Origin: Macrostomum lignano
Taxonomy: Eukaryota
Direction: 5' to 3'
Assembly (NCBI GenBank): GCA_002269645.1
Contig: NIVC01000342.1
Span: 186,001 to 250,000 of the forward strand
DNA length: 64,000 nt
Below the pieces are notes generated by a model. The model worked only from the letters and a program-made list of their open reading frames with translations, did not search any database and was not told where the DNA came from. Made by a program: the position numbers and the translations under genes. The number at the start of each line of letters is the position of its first letter. Positions within the stretch are counted from its first letter, which is position 1. Below, piece after piece: positions 58,256-64,000 of this stretch.

Positions 58256-61200
58256 ATTTGTATATTTAAATAATAAACTTACGTTGAATACAATTTATTG
58301 CAAACGAACTCTACAAAATACACGTTGTCAAGAGTAACAAAAGTGATAAACAAATAAACCCTTGAAAATAATGTTAAATATGTTGTAGAATTATAGAGTG
58401 TAACATTATAAGATAGTTAAAGTTAATAAAATACATTATTATAGCTTTTCTAGCATTTCATTCGACTCATTTTAGGTCATAATTAAACTTACTGTTTCAA
58501 CAAATCATTTTATTAAAAATAAAGCTATACAAAAATAATTTGTGCTTTAATAGACTTTTTTACCTTTTAAAAACTTGAATAAATTTATTTTATAGCTTTA
58601 TTGCTTTCAAATTGCCAAAAAACGAATTTTCATAAAACTTGCCCCCGATTTTTGGATTTCACCCTATGTATTTATCGCATCATATCTTGTTTTTTGCTAA
58701 TGATAGGCCTATGATGCAAAATTGCATCCAAGGTCTAATTTTAGATACAATTTAGAAAGTAAAGATGCTAACTATATTTTAATAGCATAAAACACATTGG
58801 TCATATCATATTATAGCATAGGCCTATGGCTATAGGTATAGCATGCAAAATTAGCTTGCTATCCATATATTCTAGTAATATGCCTAACCCTAAAGGCACA
58901 AAAAACTAGGGCCTAGTTAAAACCAATGCAAATAGTGATACTGACTAGGCTTATTATTATAAGAAGCTGACTTATTTTTGTATTGACTATTGACTAGACT
59001 AGTCTCATGTATTTGGTAAATTTTAAAGTTTAGGCTAAACGTGGGTTCATAAAAAATCATTTGAAAGTTACAAAAAGTCAATATTTTTTCAATGTGACTG
59101 TAAAGAAGACTTACAATTATCCTTTTTAGATACGAAATTGAATATTAGTAAGAAATATTAAATAGTAAATAGGCCTACAAGTGAAGAAAAAATAAGTAGT
59201 GGCGACGTGTTCTTCCTTCGACGCCCTATTTTTTTCATAAGTGGGAATTTTGTTAAAAAACAAAATAAAACAAATTTCTCAGACATTTGCAAAAAATAGT
59301 TTATTACTACTTTATGTAAACTGAAGAAAATGTGTTAATTTATTTTTACGGCAAGATAACAGCGGTCTGTCTCGCACAAATATTCTTAGGAAGTTTGTGC
59401 CAATATCCATATTCCGGTTCAATAAAATCAACTGTACATATTTTTCAATTTTCTAGTAGTACTAAAGTCTGAAGCAGGTACTACGGATCCAGAAAATTTG
59501 GAACGGGGATGCGCAGATTACTAAGGTACACGAATATGTATATGATGTATACGTATATGTGCACGATAAGTGTATCCCTACCTATAAAAATCTAAATTTT
59601 TTCCATATAAAAAGAAAAAATTCTAACTCGACGGGGGGTGCGCGCCCTGTTCGCCCCGCCGGCCGCCCCCATAAATCTGCCACTGGTCTGAAGTTGTATC
59701 TTAGGGAGAAAAACAAGTATTTCGAAGACATGCACCTCAGAATGTTCACAGATTAAGGTACTGTACGTGTACGCACCTATAAATAAATTACATGCAGAGT
59801 TGCGCCTGCCTTCAGAGCTTTCTAATGCATGCACGCAAAGTCTGGTGTTGGCCCCTCTGTAAATTATTTTAGAAATAATATTGAATTGGAAATCACATGG
59901 AATTACGCTTCAAATCTAAGTAAAATTTATTATTTTTTGCTTGAAACTTGTATATTGTACACGCGTGTAAAATCTGTAAGACTGGTAAAATTAAGCACTC
60001 AGCATCTTAAGTTGCATTTTTCTGATCAGTGATCACAAGTGCGATCGTTGCGATAAGCGCTAGAAGCACTTGGGTGCATTTGGATTGGTAGCTGAGCCAA
60101 TTCATATAGTGGGTTCTGCGAGTCGCACGCCCAAAGGTCCTGTGGGCCATGGCCGGCCTTCAATCATTTTTCTTTCTTTTCATCGATCATGCACGCCATC
60201 TCTGAAATTTCAAACGAAGAATGAGATTGTTCATTCAACCTCATCCAGCCAGACCCTTCCCGTCCCCCGTCACAATATTTGACTGTATGAGCGCATGAGC
60301 ATTGCAGCTTCGGCTGAGCAGCAAGGACTGAGCGGCAGCAGAACAGCGTGTGCTCCGCAGGAAGTCAAATCTTTCCGCTTAAATGGACGACGTCACACAG
60401 CCAAGGACTCATTTCAGAGCTGAGGAGAGACCGTCAAGGTTTTTTGGATTTAAACATTGAAAGACTCAGCCAGGAGTTTACGTGCGTAGCGAGCTCTCAC
60501 CTGCCAGACCTCGGCCATCTTGAGTCCTTCAGCAGCTGCTTCCGTCTTTCAATCTGCTCCTATCCTATAATAATATTAACCGCGCTCTCAGCTTCTGGCC
60601 TGGAGCTACCCTCAATCATTGCTTAGTCTTCACTCACTATACGAATGGCGTGAGCCTGGCGGTTTCAAACTGGGAGTTAGATATTTCATTGAAAACGGTC
60701 ACAAAAGCTCGAAAATTCTCTGAATTCACAAATCCGCCCCGGATGACGGATGACAGGCGTCACCTTGGAGCGATGGAATCAGAAACTTTGATACAGCAAT
60801 AATCATAATCGATTAAGCCCACTGGTTCTCAATTGCACGCACTTTGGATTTATCCGTTTTTGTTATTATTCGATTGGAAGCTTCGAGTGCAAACTTGACT
60901 GTTAGTTTTTTGTCAGCCAGCGAATTGCAGAAATGCGGGATTCTAATGAGCATGCATGCAGGCAGCAGCAGCAGCAGCAATTCTAGCTGATGGCAGAAGA
61001 GAGAGTTGGGACCATGCATGCAGGACAGTTCAATCAATAAAAAGCGATCCAGTATGCTGAATCGTTCACTGCCATGCAGTATGGTGCGGCCGAGAGGCAA
61101 ACCCAGCACCACACCCCTCTTTTTCTCCCTCATCCTGCACGCTTCACATCCGCAATTAGCCTCGCGAAAGGGACTCAGAAATAGCAGCGGCAGCAGTAGC

Positions 61201-63169
61201 AACGCCAGCAGCAGCAGCAGCAATATAGCGGCCAGCCAAATTCTAAGCGTTTCCCTCAGTCAGCTGCACAAATGCTCTCCTTGATGACCAGCTAACCCTC
61301 AAAAACATCCATCTCTAAGCTAGTACCCCCCCCCCTGCGTTGGGCGGCTGAATAGCCTCAACCCACTAAACAGACTCTTCACTCCTGCAGCGCCGTCTCA
61401 TTCTCTCGTTTCTACCCCCGATAATTCCTGACGAATAGTTTAGTTTATATGCCGCTTTCAGGCCCCTCCAACGCTTTGAGAGACCACGACGCGGAAGGAT
61501 TGAGAGGTACGAGGCAGCTGTGTCATTAGGCTTGATCAAATTACTCATAATATATGGCTCTCCCCCCAGATGAAGCATAGGAGATGCTGCCCGCTTGAGC
61601 TGGTTACTGGCTTTCTGAGTCCTGGTATTAGCCGTCGCGGTATCCATATAGAAACGGAGTCCTGGAGACTGCCAGCCCTTACCCGCGTTTCTGATTTGAG
61701 CACAGAATTTTGTCAGCGAAGCCTCACGGAAACAACGTTGAAGAGCCTGCCTGATTAATCTCGTAGACACCTGATTTGATTATAGGCTGTCAGTCTTATA
61801 GCTAGCGTGTATTTGAAACACTTTTAATCATATTGTTACCTAGCAATAGCTTGTATGACTTCCATACGTCCATTGTTAACCTTGTCTGCGTGTCTGTCTA
61901 CCAAGCACAGTCCAGACAGCGCCTCCTCAGACTTCCTGGCCATGATAGCCAACCTAGAAACCGCACAGTACTCACCGCATCAATTGGACCCACTTCAGGT
62001 TTGGCGATCAATTAATTGTATACAAGAGCCAAGAGAAGGAGAGAAAGTAGACAAAGAGGGCAAATAGCGAATGCACACATGGACTATGAAGAGAACCCGA
62101 CGGGGTGATGACGGATAACTTGGCTTGCATAAGAGCGAAGCGTTGGCAATCAGCAGCCCCTCAACAGACGCAACTGTCCCCACACGCAAAGAATACGATC
62201 TCAAATGATTACAAAGCCTCATCTCTCAATCCAGCCCGCAGCTGCCGGCCCTGTTGTTGTTGCTTGCTGTCAAAAATTAACGGTTTCGGTTGAGTTGTCG
62301 TTTAAAAAACTGGGGGGGGGAGGGGCGCTGCTCAAACACGCCCGCACCCGATGTGCAGCTGGGTAGAATAGCTGCAGACCGCATGCACAGCACGCCACCT
62401 TGCCAATGGTGCGGAGGAGGGGGTCTGGCGGTAGCCAAGCCCAACGGGTCCGACAGCTAATATAGCCCCGAGCGATTACGTAATAACTCGATGTTGCGAG
62501 GCCTGCATGCAGTGGCGGGGTGGCTGTCTTTGCATGCTGTTTTGGCGCTTTGGCGTTTGGTGCGGGCTCGGAGCGATCCGGGCGGCATGGCGTCCGCGCT
62601 TGAATTCCCTTTGCCACATGGCCCTCCTCGAGTCCCCGCCCTCACGCATGAGTGACGGGCTTGTGACTGAACTAAAAGAAGAAGCCTGCCAGCCAGAAGC
62701 AATTTGCAGGCCGGAGCAAGACTTTAGAACCGAATTTCAATTCTTTCGAAGCGGCGCGAGAAAACCCAGCCAATTTCCGCGGCGATCCCGCCACTGCCGG
62801 CAACAAACAAATCAACGCGCTCGATTGGATATTGCAGTAGCCGCTGTGACAGCTGCTCTGACGGCTTAATAACCAATTTAAAAGCCATTGAGCAGCGCCG
62901 GAATGGTGATGTAACCGAGTGAAGACCAGCCTATTATTTCATTTGGTGTCTGTTGACCGACAGATCGCTCCTAATAAACACAGAAACAGCAAAGACCGGA
63001 TAATTCCGTTATTTTCAGTTCAACCCCTGTTTGCTCAGTAGCTTCAGCTATGCTGGTATTTATCGATCTGGAATGTGAAAAATCAATATTATCCTGCATC
63101 AATTTGATAATTGAAAATTGTATCAGAAAATTCATCAGAAACATGAATTCTCATTCCACCCTTCCTACG

Positions 63170-64000
63170 TGCTTCAGGCTGCCTCATTCCACCTCCACCC
63201 CATACTTCAGACTGAATCATTCCGCCTCCACCCCATGCTTCAGGCTGAATCATTCCACCTCCACCCCATGCTTCAGACTGAATCATTCCGCCTCCACCCC
63301 ATGCTTCAGACTGAATCATTCCACCTCCACCCCATGCTTCAGGCTGCCTCATTCCGCCTCCGCCCCATGCTTCAGGCTGCCTCATTCCACCTCCACCCCA
63401 TGCTTCAGACTGAATCATTCCACCTCCACCCCATGCTTCAGACTGAATCATTCCGCCTCCACCCCATGCTTCAGACTGAATCATTCCACCTCCACCCCAT
63501 GCTTCAGGCTGCCTCATTCCGCCTCCAACCCATGCTTCAGGCTGCCTCATTCCGCCTCCAACCCATGCTTCAGGCTGCCTCATTCCGCCTCCACCACATG
63601 CTTCAGACTGAATCATTCCGCCTCCGCCCCATGCCTCAGACTGAATCATTCCGCCTCCACCACATGCTTCAGACTGAATCATTCCGCCTCCGCCCCATGC
63701 CTCAGACTGAATCATTCCGCCTCCGCCCCATACTTCAGACTGAATCATTCCGCCTCCGCCCCATGCCTCAGACTGAATCATTCCGCCTCCGCCCCATGCC
63801 TCAGACTGAATCATTCCGCCTCCGCCCCATGCTTCAGACTGAATCATTCCGCCTCCGCCCCATGCCTCAGACTGAATCATTCCGCCTCCAACCCATGCTT
63901 CAGACTGAATCATTCCGCCTCCACCCCCATGCTTCAGGCTGCCTCATTCCGCCTCCAACCCATGCTTCAGACTGAATCATTCCGCCTCCGCCCCATGCCT
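63170..64000. repeat. 33-bp minisatellite (CCCCATGCTTCAGACTGAATCATTCCGCCTCCA)n, runs off the window end
   Basis: Tandem periodicity; explains the ORFs at 63089-63975. Confidence 0.97.

Noticed and set aside
59470-59710. Possible small MITE ending in AAATCTGCCACTG
   Set aside because: The left end is too degenerate to define TIRs or a TSD.

Overview
Eukaryotic (animal) genomic DNA with GC-rich exons and AT-rich or minisatellite-filled introns. This style suggests a free-living flatworm such as Macrostomum, which is inference only. Four host genes can be assembled across GT-AG introns: an SFT2/Got1-family vesicle transport gene (-), the 3' part of an ALMS1-like centriolar gene (+), plastin/fimbrin (+) and a class I ARF GTPase (-). 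Mobile DNA: a very young full-length Ty3/Gypsy LTR element (10481-20341, 4-bp TSD), a Ngaro/DIRS-type tyrosine-recombinase retrotransposon interrupted by a 5'-truncated Penelope element, a decayed RNase H-bearing LINE, a ~1.4-kb foldback element, three tRNA-headed SINEs and more than 15 tandem arrays. The Gypsy element has a -1 frameshift signal, an orphan ORF3 and no recognisable polypurine tract. The most notable signals not explained by the ORF track are three paralogous H/ACA-type snoRNAs upstream of ARF supported by compensatory base changes, a minimal type I hammerhead ribozyme at the Penelope 3' end, and a 28S rRNA H69-H71 fragment whose R2/I-PpoI site is replaced by a hairpin. All family assignments rest on motif recognition from memory; no database searches were run.
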